Shown: positions 52,408 to 64,000 of the stretch, in pieces
Layout: the number at the start of each line of letters is the position of its first letter
Numbering within the stretch: the stretch's first letter is position 1
DNA from: Octopus sinensis
Lineage: Eukaryota
Reading direction: 5' to 3'
Length of the DNA stretch: 64,000 bases
Assembly: GCF_006345805.1 (NCBI RefSeq)
Contig: NC_043023.1
Location: forward strand, 18,476,001 to 18,540,000
Notes under the pieces: model-generated
Seen by the model: only the letters and a program-made list of their open reading frames with translations
What the model was told of the DNA's origin: nothing
Database searches by the model: none
Position numbers and translations under genes: made by a program

Positions 52408-52705
52408 CATATTTATACATATCTATACATATATATATACACATATATACATGTATATAAGTGTGGGTGTGCAAAGTGATTACCCACATGCATCACACAC
52501 CCGTATATACCAAATGTATACCAACACACTCTCATATTCCCTCTCAGACACATTCGAAGCTATTCACAAACAATCTCTTACTGCGGGAGAGTGAAAATAT
52601 AGGGAGAGATTAGTTGAGAGAGCAATACGAGGATGATGTGAAGAAATTAAATACTTCGGAATATATCATCAATGAAATGTTATCACTGAGACTGTTCAAA
52701 CTTAC

Positions 52706-52777
52706 AAATCTACTAAGTTGGGAAGTTTCTGGAAGGCTTCTACATGGATTTCACTAATATTATTTTCACGTAAATAC
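52706..52777 (-). CDS. LRR exon 4 (B type): YLRENNISEIHVEAFQKLPNLVD(L)
   Basis: 72 nt, ATTACAG acceptor, GTAAGT donor, phase 2. Confidence 0.93.
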
Positions 52778-55050
52778 CTGTAATATAAAATTCAGCTGAG
52801 CAAAAATTGTATGCAATACATGTGGTTAAAATTAATTAGATGATGGTAAAAATGGATGCAGATTAAAACGATGATGATAGCGGCGTTATTAGTGATTAAT
52901 GAGAGGAAGAGGGGGAGAAGGAATAGAAGGAATATGGAGAACGAGTTAGCGATGATGACGTTGGTATTATTATAGGCATCGTGGTGGGAGAGTGAAGCCG
53001 ATTCTTCTTATAATGATGTTCATATTTGTCTTTATTTATGGAAATTTAAGGATTTATAGGACTGCAAAAAAGAAGTGCTCAATTGTAAATGAGATTAAGA
53101 TAAAGAAACATTGATCATAGAACAAACATCAAATGTGAGTCGACGATTTTATATATAACACCATACCTCGATCATTTAGTCATATGTAAATATTACCATG
53201 GTCCTTAAACATATATAAAATATACATTTACATAAAAACACAGAAGGTAAAATTATATATGCGAATAAAATAAAAATATATAGAACAGCCTATCAAAAAG
53301 GTAAATATAAAAGACTAAAAATTCCTAAGAATTATAAAGCGTGTCATGCTACAAAAACAACTAATAAACTAAGATAAAACAAAATATCAAACGACTAAAA
53401 ATATTTTTAAAAGTTCTTTTTTACTCCCTTCACAAAACGTACGTCCAAAAACTTCAATTCTTAAAACCATGGTAGGTTACAGTCCATGAGCAAAGAGAGT
53501 TCCACAAGGTCAATTCAAACAAACCTATGGCCATTTCGATTATATTAAAGTGCATAACGGCAATGTCCCTCTCTTCAGGATGAACAGGAACCAGGAAACA
53601 CGCACAGAGCAAAACTAAAACGTTCATACAACGCCACATGGCTAATTGTAAGATAAATCCGTCATTGCAGCAACATTTTCTAACACATAAAGAAACACCG
53701 AATAATTTTATTGCTAAACATGCAGGTGGCTGTTGTGAATAGAAATTTATACTCGCTATTTCAAAACCCTATAAAATTAACCATTATTTACTACATCTAC
53801 TTTTACTTCTAAACTCTTTCGGAAAAGTAGACGGAAACTTATGGCTGTATAAAGGCATCACCTCAGCAAATTTATTTAAGCCCAAAAGACTTAGGGATGG
53901 CAAGGGATTCCCATACTCATAACTTTCACTTATTTATATTAACTCTGAAATAAGGAGCCCTCGAAATAACAGACCATTCAAGAGAATATCTTTTAGTTAT
54001 TCCTCTTTAAACTCTGTATATAAGAATCAAATGTAGTAGAATAACAGTATTTTTCGTTGGAAAACGAATTCATGTGAGCCCTATACATAGTCTTAAAATT
54101 TACAGCACTGCCTATATAAAACTTATCCAAATTAACATCCTCTTTAACAAAGGATTTTTATATTGCATTAGTAGAGATACAGAGCCAATCAAGGAGACAT
54201 AATACAGTGTTTCTACAATTATACGATTTACCAAAGCCATTCCTAACTTTATTACTACAACTAACATTATTTGTCTGGCTTCCCACCTTCTTTCCTTCAG
54301 ATATCCCATTACTGGGGTTCGATAAGACTGGTGGAAGCAAATGGTTTGTAGCACTAAACTTAGGCATATAAGAGCTTACCTGGCCAGTACCAGGGTTTTC
54401 CAGCAGAAGAATATTTATTCAGCCCTTGCCCATTTAATTTGCTTCTATTAAGAGACGCAATAATGGAGGCCATAGTTGGCATTACTGAGTAAAAGAATTT
54501 GATGGAAGACTTATAGCAAATGCTGCAGTGTTTATGATTGTTTGGGAAAATCTTCTTCAGAATCTTAAACAACAGTTTGGTCAAGGTTCTTTCTCTAAGA
54601 GAAAAATGCAGGGGCGAACCATCTTATATCCCGTATGCTAGAACGTGAGTTCTTGCTTTTATTATCTCTTCTTTTCCACTATTTCGCTTCCTGCGTCTAT
54701 TCCTAACATCTTTACATATGTCACGCCCTACAATCTCGATGGACTGGATCCACCCTCTACCAGAACACATGATAACGACCCATATATAAATATATATATA
54801 TATATATTTATACATATATATGCGTGCATAAAATGGTTCGTCTGATATATCACACTCACATATATAAAAACAGATGCTCTTATTCCCTCAGACATGACAT
54901 TCACAAGCAACCATACGTTCTTATTAGGGGAGACTGAGATTATAGAGACTGAACAAGTGAGAGAGTGGGAAAGCAAGGATGTGAAGATATTAAAATATCT
55001 AGAAAGACATTGTCAATGAAATGCTAGCAACAATTGTGATATTTACTTAC

Positions 55051-55122
55051 AATACTCTTAAATTGGGGAGATTTTCGAAGGATCCGGCTTTGAGTTCTTT
55101 TATGTCATTATCATACAATAAT
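55051..55122 (-). CDS. LRR exon 3 (A type): LLYDNDIKELKAGSFENLPNLRV(L)
   Basis: 72 nt, CTTACAG acceptor, GTAAGT donor, phase 2. Confidence 0.93.
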
Positions 55123-55692
55123 CTGTAAGATTAAATTCATTTGAAAAGAAATATCATGGATTAGGTATCTGATAAAATGACACATATTATGACAAAATAA
55201 TAAGATGAGGGACAAAGAAAGTAGGTACTGATGAGGATGATTTTCATGATGATGGTGATAATGGAGTCGGTAGTAGTGATAAATATGAGGCGGAGGAATG
55301 TACTGGTAGTGGTGATGAAGATACTGTCATGCGGTTGAAGGTGGGAATAATAATATTGGTTATGATGAAGACAATAATAAGTTAGACAATGTTGATGCTT
55401 GAGTACAGAAGAAGATGACGAAGATCATGATGACGGTGGTGGCAACAAAAACGCGACAGCATAATGATGGTGGATGGTGAGCATGGAGGTGATGATTTAG
55501 TAGAAGTATTAGATGAAAAGGAAAACTTGTGACATACAAGAATAAATTGTATTTCCTCTCACACCGTCTCCGATAAAGGGATATTATTACTTAATATCCC
55601 AGAAACAGGTGTAAGACCTTCTATCTATAAATGCTCTAATATCTATAGAGCCTTGGTTTTTATCTCATTACGAAAAAAATTCTTATATATAC

Positions 55693-55734
<42 letters not shown>

Positions 55735-56304
55735 GTGTGTGTGTGTGTGTGGGTGTGTGTGTATGTTTGTAGACAACAAACAGGTGTATTACTTTAACGC
55801 TCGGGAAGTGAAAAATCTTTAACGTTTCGAGTCTAGGCTCCTCCACAGAAAGGAACACAGAAAGAAACAAGGATAGATAATAAAGAAGGTGAAAAAATGA
55901 AGAAAATAAAAATAAAAAATAAAGTGAAAGAATAAAAAGAGAATATATATATATATATATATAATATATATATATATATATACAAATATATATACATATT
56001 TATACATATCTATACATATATATATATATATATATATACCCATATATACATATATATAAACATGCGTAAGCAAAATGATTACCCTCATGCATCACACACC
56101 CATATATACCAAATGTATACCAACACACTTTCATATTCCCTCTGAGACACATTCAAAGATATTCACAAACAATCTCTTACTGAGGGAGAGTGAAAATATA
56201 GGGAGAGATTAGTTGAGAGAGCAATACAAAGACGATGTGAAGAAATTAAATACTTCGGAATATATCATCAATGAAATGTTATCACTGAGAGTGTTCAAAC
56301 TTAC

Positions 56305-56376
56305 ATTTCTCTTAAGCTGGGAAGATTCTGGAAGGCTCCTGCATGGATTTCCTTAATATCATTTTTATGCGAAACC
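56305..56376 (-). CDS. LRR exon 2 (B type): VSHKNDIKEIHAGAFQNLPSLRE(I)
   Basis: 72 nt, ATTACAG acceptor, GTAAGT donor, phase 2. Confidence 0.92.
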
Positions 56377-56993
56377 CTGTAATATAAAATTCAGCTGAGC
56401 AAAAATTGTATGCAATACATGTGGTTAAAATTAATTAGGTGATGGTAAAAATGGATGTAGATTAAAGCGATGATGATAGCGGCGTTGTTAGTGATTAATG
56501 AGAGGAAGAGGGGGAGAAGGAATATGGTGTTAGCGATGATGACAATGGTATAATCATAGGCATCATGGCGAAGCCGACTCTTCTTATAATGATGTTCATT
56601 GGTATATTTATGGTGATGATGATCATGATATTGAGGCTGATGATAATGGTAGAGATGCTTTATGATGAAGAATTATGTTGATAACGAAAACAATGATCAA
56701 GTAATCGATGTTGTTGGTTAATTCTTATATATAAGTATAAATATAGTAAATCCAAACAAGAAAGCACAAAAAAACACAACAACGCGAGGACGTACAACAA
56801 ATATAGTATTATTGGACGCTCAGGAAAGAAGGAAAGAAGGAGGGTTTAGCGTTTCGAGCGGAGCTCTTAATCGGAAACATAGAAAAAGGAAAGATTTAAG
56901 GAAGGGAAGAAAGGAAAAAAAATCTCCAACGGTACACACGAGGTCACATTTTGAAAGACCGGTAGGAAAAGTGTGAAGAAAGATGTTTTCAAA

Positions 56994-57032
<39 letters not shown>

Positions 57033-57790
57033 GTGTGTGCTTGTTTGTAGATAACAAACAGGTGTATTACTATATCGCTCGGGAAGTGAAAAATCTTTAA
57101 AGTTTCGAGCCAACGCTCTTCCACAGGAAGGAACACAGAAATAAACAAGGAAAGATAATAAAGAAGGTGAGAAAATAAAGAAAATAAAAAGAGAAAATAA
57201 AGTGAAAAAAATAAAAAAAGTGCTTAATTGTAAATGAGATTAAGATAAAGAAACATTGATCATAGAACAAACATCAAATGTGAGTTAACGATTTTATATA
57301 TAACACCATACCTCAATCATTTAGTCATATGAAATTACTACCATGGTCCTTAAACATATAAAATATACATAGACATAAAATCAGAGAAGGTAAAATTATA
57401 TATGCGAATAAAATAATAAATATATAGAACAGCCGATCAAAAATGTAAATATAAAAAACTAAAACTTCCTAAGAATTATAAAGCGTGTCACGCTACAAAA
57501 AAAATCTAATAAACTAAGATAAAACAAAATATCAAACGACTAAAAATATTTTTAAAAGTTCTTTTTTACTCCCTTCACAAAACGTACATCCAAAATGTTC
57601 AATTCTTAAAACCATGGTAGGTTACAGTCCATGAGCAAAGAGAGTTCCACAAGGTCAATTCAAACAAACCTATGGCCATTTCGATTATATTAAAGTGCAT
57701 AACGGCAATGTCCCTCTCTTGAGGATGAACAGGAACCAGGAAACACGCATAGAGCAAAACTAAAAAGTTCATACAACGCCACATGGCTAA

Positions 57791-58544
57791 TCTCTCTTTA
57801 TATAAACGGTAGTTTGTCTGTCTGTGTGTCTGTCAGTTTGTACCCTCACCCTGACCACGGTTTTCAACTGATTCTGATGAAACCTGACACACACATAGAC
57901 CAATCTCATAATTCAAAACTAACGCAGTGACACTTCTGAAACGTTTCCCCAGTTTTGAAAAAATCGATAAATTCGACATGGGGTTGAAAATCTAAGCTTT
58001 TTATATTCAACACATTTTCTGTTGTAGTTTTCGCAACTTGCAATCGAATTTCACCAAAGTCATGGTGAAGCTTAATGTTACCCTAGCAAACTTAATTCTG
58101 GCGTTAGTTTTCCGTGCAATACCTTACCCTCAGAAAGAATCGATAAAATCATGCCATTTTGGGAAATCGCGTTTAAATTCATGATGACATATTTTCGACA
58201 ATATCTTTCATAAATTGGCAGGAATCTTTTTAAAATTCACAGCGAGCATCATGTCTGCTCCAAGGAGGTATATGGCTATTTTATTCCAATAGGATACTTT
58301 ATTACTGGAAAAAATCGGTTAATTAAATCATATGTGACACACATAGCAAACCGATTTATGTATTAAACACGAACGAGAGGCTGTCTAAGGGACGCAACTC
58401 GACATTTTTATAGCCCAAAGGGACAGCTAGGAACGTCATATACACATGCGCCTTCGCTCCGTAGAGGGAAAGGACTAGATTGGGATTAGTCGTTGCCTAC
58501 TAGGGGCTCTTACATACCCGGGCAACGCCGGGATATGCTGTTAG
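57791..58544 (+). mobile_element. Non-autonomous Helitron-like insertion
   Basis: Absent at the paralogous sites (~50283, ~53644). Starts TC; subterminal hairpin CCCGGgcaacgCCGGG; ends CTGTTAG; no target-site duplication. Confidence 0.6.
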
Positions 58545-58619
58545 ATTTAAGTTAAACCCATCATTTCAGCAAAATTTTGTAAAACATAAAGAAACATCGA
58601 ATTATTTTATTGCTAAACA

Positions 58620-61600
58620 GGCAACTTGAATTTCTACAACCAACTTGAATTCCTTTTATGGTATTCTAAAACCTTCCCTTACCCTCATTCCTAAAACTAA
58701 AAAATTCTTATAGCAGTCTGACGTTGGATTTGCAAGCTTTCTAGCATACATTGCATTCAACGGTCTACACAGACATATAGGCAAAATAGTTGGAGGTTCG
58801 TTTTCCATGCGTTCGCAGATGTGATTTGAGGCCAGCAAAAGACAGGCATGATATGTCACAGACTGTACATACAAAAGGTCATTGTCATTCACCTTTTCGA
58901 TCGTTACATTCTTCCTTAGATCTCGTTTGAGTCTTATTTGCGTTATCCTCACCCCACTCCACACCTTTGTTCGCCATCCAACTCGATCCGAAGCAAGGGT
59001 TTCTATATCTTCTGGAACCATTCCAAGTGACTTCATAGTAGTCCTTATACAGTCCTTAAACCTCTTTTTAGATTTACGCCAATAGCATTCCCCCTCTGCA
59101 AACTCACCATGAAACAGCTGTTTCGGCATGCGTTCATCTGCCGTTCGAACAATACGGCTACACCATCTCAATTGGTTCCTCAAAATCATAGCTTTAATCG
59201 AGGTGATGCCTGCAGATGCAAGGACATCTGTGTTTGGAATAAAAGAACTCCATTTAATTTTTAAAATGCGCTGAAGGCATTTTTGGTGGAATTGTTGTAA
59301 CAGTTTAAAATACCTTTCATAACAAGTCCAAGTTTCACAGGAATACAACAGGGATGGTAAGACAAATGATATTAAAGTCACAGCTTTGTATTCTTATTTA
59401 TATTTCGCTGGTACCAAACGCGTTACACCAAGCCACCAAATGCTTTTGCTGCCCTTTGAATTCGCTGCTGTATTTCTGTATCAAGATTTCCATCATTTTG
59501 AAGAGAGCCTCCAAGTTAGACGAACGAATCAACAGCCGCGAGTAACTTTCCCTTGACAAAAATTTTAGTGTGGTTACAAACAGCACCACACACAGGGTGA
59601 TGCATAACAACTGTTTTTTTTTCAAGTCGATGGTCAAACCAAAATCAACACAAGCAGAGACAAATGCAGATACCAGAGACTGCAGACCTGTTTGAGAATT
59701 ACTGACAAGATCGCAATCTTCAGCATACAAAAGTTCCCTAATGAATGAAGTAAAAACCTTCGTTTTCAATTTCAGTCTGGTCAGATTATAAACATTCCCT
59801 GTTGTTCGATATTTTATGTAAATACCCTCCTCAGAGTTTTAAAAAGCAATATATATTGCTGTTGCAATATATATTGCAAAGAGGGTGGGTGCATAAAGGT
59901 CACCTTGCTTTACTCCATGTTCCACAACAAAAGATTTCGATGGCCTACCACTATAATTAACTCTAGCTTTTATATCTTAATGCAAAGCTCTGACCATATT
60001 TACAAATTTTTCAGGGCAACATTTTCCCTCAGAATTAGTCACAGAGCCTTTCGATTAACAGTTTCGAATGCGTTGCTCAAATCAACAAAGCAATGGTATA
60101 GAGGAAAATTCTGTTTAATGCACTTTTCTAGTAATTGTCTGACAGTAAAGATACAATCATCCTGGAGGAACGAAAACCACTCTAAGATTCAGACACTATA
60201 TTTGGAACTATGAAGATATTTAAACGCTCTAACCACAGACGAAACCGAAATCCCACGAAAATTACCACACAGATCCTTTGGCTCCGATTTCTTCGAGGAG
60301 ACTAAAATGGCATCAATCCAAGGACTGAGAAAGAAGTGTATTGTGCCTACGTTTTGCTTTTCTAAAAGTAGATTATGAATTTCTGCTGATCTATCTGAGT
60401 ACCAGTCACTGGATTTAGGAGATTTAAATCCTATTGACGAACTTGCAGCCTGAAATACTTTTGTTCTGAAATCTTCCAATAGATTGTTTGGGTCAAGATT
60501 GATACTTTCTATAGCATCGTGGAATCTTTGCAAGTTGCTTGATCAATTAATGTTTACAAATTTTAACTTTTTAAGTACGTTAGGACAAGACTGTCGATAT
60601 TGTAGGCATTATCGGAAAATCTATTTTTCCACGCACTAGATAATGGTCAGTTCAGCTTTCTGCTCTACTCATGACCTGGATGCTAGAAACGTCTTTCATA
60701 TCACGTTTCCTGATCAGAATATTATCTATGAGATGCCAGTGCTTAGATCTTGGGTACAACCAGGTGGTTTTATATTTATTTATCTGCTTAAACAGACTGA
60801 TGGTGACAACCAGATTATTCTCAGAACAAATCGTCAAAAGAGCTACTCCATTTTTATTGCATTATCCAATCTCACATCGACCTAAACCAGGCTATGAAAC
60901 GTAGTCCTTTCCACCTCTTACATTGAAATCTCCCAATATAACCGGCTTGTCAGAAATTGGTACTTTCCTCAAAATTGTGCTAGATCGTCAAAAATCTGTC
61001 CTACAGTTTCATCAGAATGGGACATTGTTGGCGTATAAATACTGACAACGGTAAGAAACCTACCATTTGTCAGTTTAATATGGCATGACGTGGTTCGTTC
61101 AGATATACCACTTGGAAGCTCTGCAATGGAGGATACTAATGAATTCTTGAGAGCAAATCCAACACCAGATTCTCTACGTTGACCCTTGTGTATGCCTCTC
61201 CAAAAGATAGTATATCCATAAGTAGGTTCATTTACTTGACCCTTACCAGAGAGACCAATTTCAAAGAGCGCAACTATATCAAGAAAATATTTCTTGAGCT
61301 CACATGCAGTAAGTGCAGTACACCTTTCTGGCTTCTTGTTGAAATTATCATCGAGACGTGTGCGCACATTGCAGAAACCAAAATTCAAAGGATGTCTATT
61401 TTGCTTTTCCTTGAAGATTGTTTGACCACAGTGGCAGGAGGACGACCGGGTCCAGCCTGTGATACACTGGGACACCTGCCGAGCTAGACCTGTTCCACTG
61501 ACGTTCCCAATCCTTTTTTGCCATTTACTGAATCTGTTTGTGACATCTTAGAGTAAGTTACAAGTACATTTTTAGGTTTCTGCCAACCAACCAATTCAAT

Positions 61601-61860
61601 GATTTTGCTATGGAGTACAGGAAGTACCTGTGCAGATGAATAATTTTCAGTGGGTGTAGCTTGCACTGCAATATTGGCCCAAGAAGACTTTCGCCAGTGT
61701 GACATGAAAATTGACAAAACCAGGAACATCCAAGACCTCAGGTTTTATTTCGGAGATTTCCTTCTCCTAGGTAGATTACCAACCAAGATTAAAGAGCTTC
61801 TATAAGCCCATGACGTAAGCTATCCCATCCCAGACACCAAAGCGACACTCAGACATTCTA
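58620..61860 (-). mobile_element. Near-full-length, heavily decayed RTE-clade (BovB-like) LINE in an intron of the LRR gene
   Basis: APE start LNFGFCNVRTRLDD...KPERCTAL...GVGFALK; HWHLIDNIL; RT GVKQGDLYAPTLF, LLYAEDCDLV; LPSLLYSCETW...RNQLRW...ERMPKQLF. Many frameshifts. Confidence 0.88.
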
Positions 61861-62461
61861 TAAAGTGATCAAATATCACTCTGGTGATCGACGTGGAGTA
61901 GCACATTCATAAAAAAAGGAAGGTACGATATGTGATTTGAAAATGTAAATAAGTATTATATATAAATATAAAAAAGTAAAAGATATGCGATAAATATAAA
62001 TGTATATATAAAAGTATACATATATATACACATATAGAGAAATAAAAAGGTATGATGTGTGAATAAACAATATTGTATAAAGAAAAGAAAAAGATAAGCA
62101 ATTATAAGATATAAAATAATATACATAAAGTAAAAATATACATATATATATAAATATACATATATATATATATATAAATATACATATATATAAAAATATA
62201 CATACATATATATATATATATATATACATATAAAAGTTATATGCACATTAACAGATATTTTGTTGGATGGCCGTTGACTGTTCAGGAGTTCATTATACAT
62301 ACATACATACATTTATATATAATCATCATACATACATACCTACATACATGCATACATACATACAGGCATACATACATACATAAATATATATACACACACA
62401 TATATATGCATGTATGTACGTAATGTATGTATGTATGTAAGTATGTATGTATGTATGTATG

Positions 62462-62495
<34 letters not shown>

Positions 62496-62698
62496 TGTTT
62501 GTTTGTATGCATGCACAAAATGCTTCTCTTGATGTATCATATTCACATATATGCAACAGGCACTCGTAGTCCATCACGCAAGTTCACAAACAAATACGTG
62601 CTGCAACTGGGTGTGTGTGAAATTATACGAAATGACAAGTTGAAAGAGCGGGAAAGAGAAGATGCGATGAATATATCAAGAAGACTGGTCTAACTTAC

Positions 62699-62770
62699 AA
62701 ATATCTTAAATTGGGAAGATTTTGGAAGGTTCCTGGTTTGATTTCGTTTATATGATTGGAATACGTTGTC
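62699..62770 (-). CDS. LRR exon 1 of 8 seen: TTYSNHINEIKPGTFQNLPNLRY(L)
   Basis: 72 nt, GTTACAG acceptor, GTAAGT donor, phase 2. Confidence 0.9.
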
Positions 62771-64000
62771 CTGTAACATAAATTTCAGTTGATTAGAAAT
62801 TGTGTAGAACAATATCGGTGATAAAATGTCACGCATTGTGGATAAAGAACTGGATGATGGAGAAAGGGTAACTAGATTATAATGACGTTGAAGATCATGA
62901 TGATGGGTATGATGGTGGCGATGTTAGTGGTAAATATTATATGAAGGAGGAGGAGGGGGAGGGGGAAGAGGGGAGGAGAAGGAAGAATGTGGTGATGGTG
63001 TTGATGACGATGATGTTATGATGCTAATGATGGGATTAATTAACTTGGTTGTAATTATTTGTGAGGGTGTTGTCGATTATGGTTCAGGATACTGATGATG
63101 ATGATGTTGATGGTGATGGTGTTATGATGATGAAGCAAACGATGATGAACTATACGATATTGATGATTAAAATACAGATGGCAAAGACCCTGGGGTCATT
63201 CATGATGACAAGAACGGGGACGATTAGGGTTAGGGTGAGGGTTAGGTCATGGCGTCGATGGTGGTGACATAAATAGTGCAAGTATTAGTTGAGAAGAAAA
63301 GAATAAAAATAGTTGAAAGAGTAAGAAGGAGAAAAAGGAAAAGAAGTTGAAGAAGAATGAAGAGAAAAGAAAGAACAGAAGAAGAAGAAGAAGAAGAAGA
63401 GAAGACGAAGAAGGAGAACACATGTTAATACCGTTACATACAAGAATCTATGCACAATATGAGTGTGTGTGTGTGTGTGTGTGTGTGTGTCGAAATAGAC
63501 ACACTCTTACATAGATCTCTATATATGTATACACATGTATACATTTCCGTGTGTGGGCTCGCATGGGGGGGGGGCAGAAGTATGTAGAATTGGGGTGCTC
63601 AATTGTAAATGAGATTAAGATAAAGAAACATTGATTAAAGAACAAACATCAAATGTGAGTCAACCATTTTATATATAACACCATACCTCAATCATTTAGT
63701 CATATGTAAATATTACCATGGTCCTTAAACATATAAAATATACATTTACATAAAAACAGAGAAGGTAAAAATATATATGCGAATAAAATAAAAAATATAT
63801 AGAACAGCCTATCAAAAAGGTAAATATAAAAGACTAAAAATTCCTAAGAATTATAAAGCGTGTCATGCTACAAAAACAACTAATAAACTAAGATAAAACA
63901 AAATATCAAACGACTAAAAATATTTTTAAATGTTCTTTTTTACTCCCTTCACAAAACGTACGTCCAAAAAGTTCAATTCTTAAAACCATGGTTTGTTACA

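Larger units (their letters stand above)
44200..64000. repeat. Intragenic tandem duplication of an exon-pair module with its introns
   Basis: Block CTCAATTGTAAATGAGATTAAGATAAAG...AAACCATGG recurs at ~49716, 53078, 57225, 63599. Intron flanks of same-type exons are homologous. Confidence 0.9.

Overview
AT-rich, microsatellite-dense animal genomic DNA, most likely an octopus (inferred from the tRNA-derived SINE families and repeat landscape), with a 100-N scaffold gap at 39640-39739. Most of the window is transposon-derived: Tx1/L1-clade LINEs stacked in (TATC)n arrays, R4/Dong-like fragments beside (TAA)n, a near-intact CR1-clade LINE nested in a Tx1, a decayed RTE LINE, Penelope-like (PLE) fragments with minimal hammerhead ribozyme motifs, Gypsy, Tc1 and Helitron-like pieces, SINE arrays, and a ~3.9-5.7 kb segment repeated four times at ~9-25 kb. 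The main result, not visible in the ORF track, is a minus-strand host gene in the right third of the window. It has eight 72-nt, phase-2 leucine-rich-repeat exons (62770 to 42408), each encoding one 24-aa LRR. Seven have TTACAG acceptors and GTAAGT donors; one has lost its acceptor. The exons arose by tandem duplication of a two-exon module with its introns, and paralogous exons differ mostly by amino-acid-changing substitutions on the predicted concave (ligand-binding) face. This suggests a diversifying LRR receptor, possibly LGR/GRL101-like or immune-type. The start and end of the gene were not identified.
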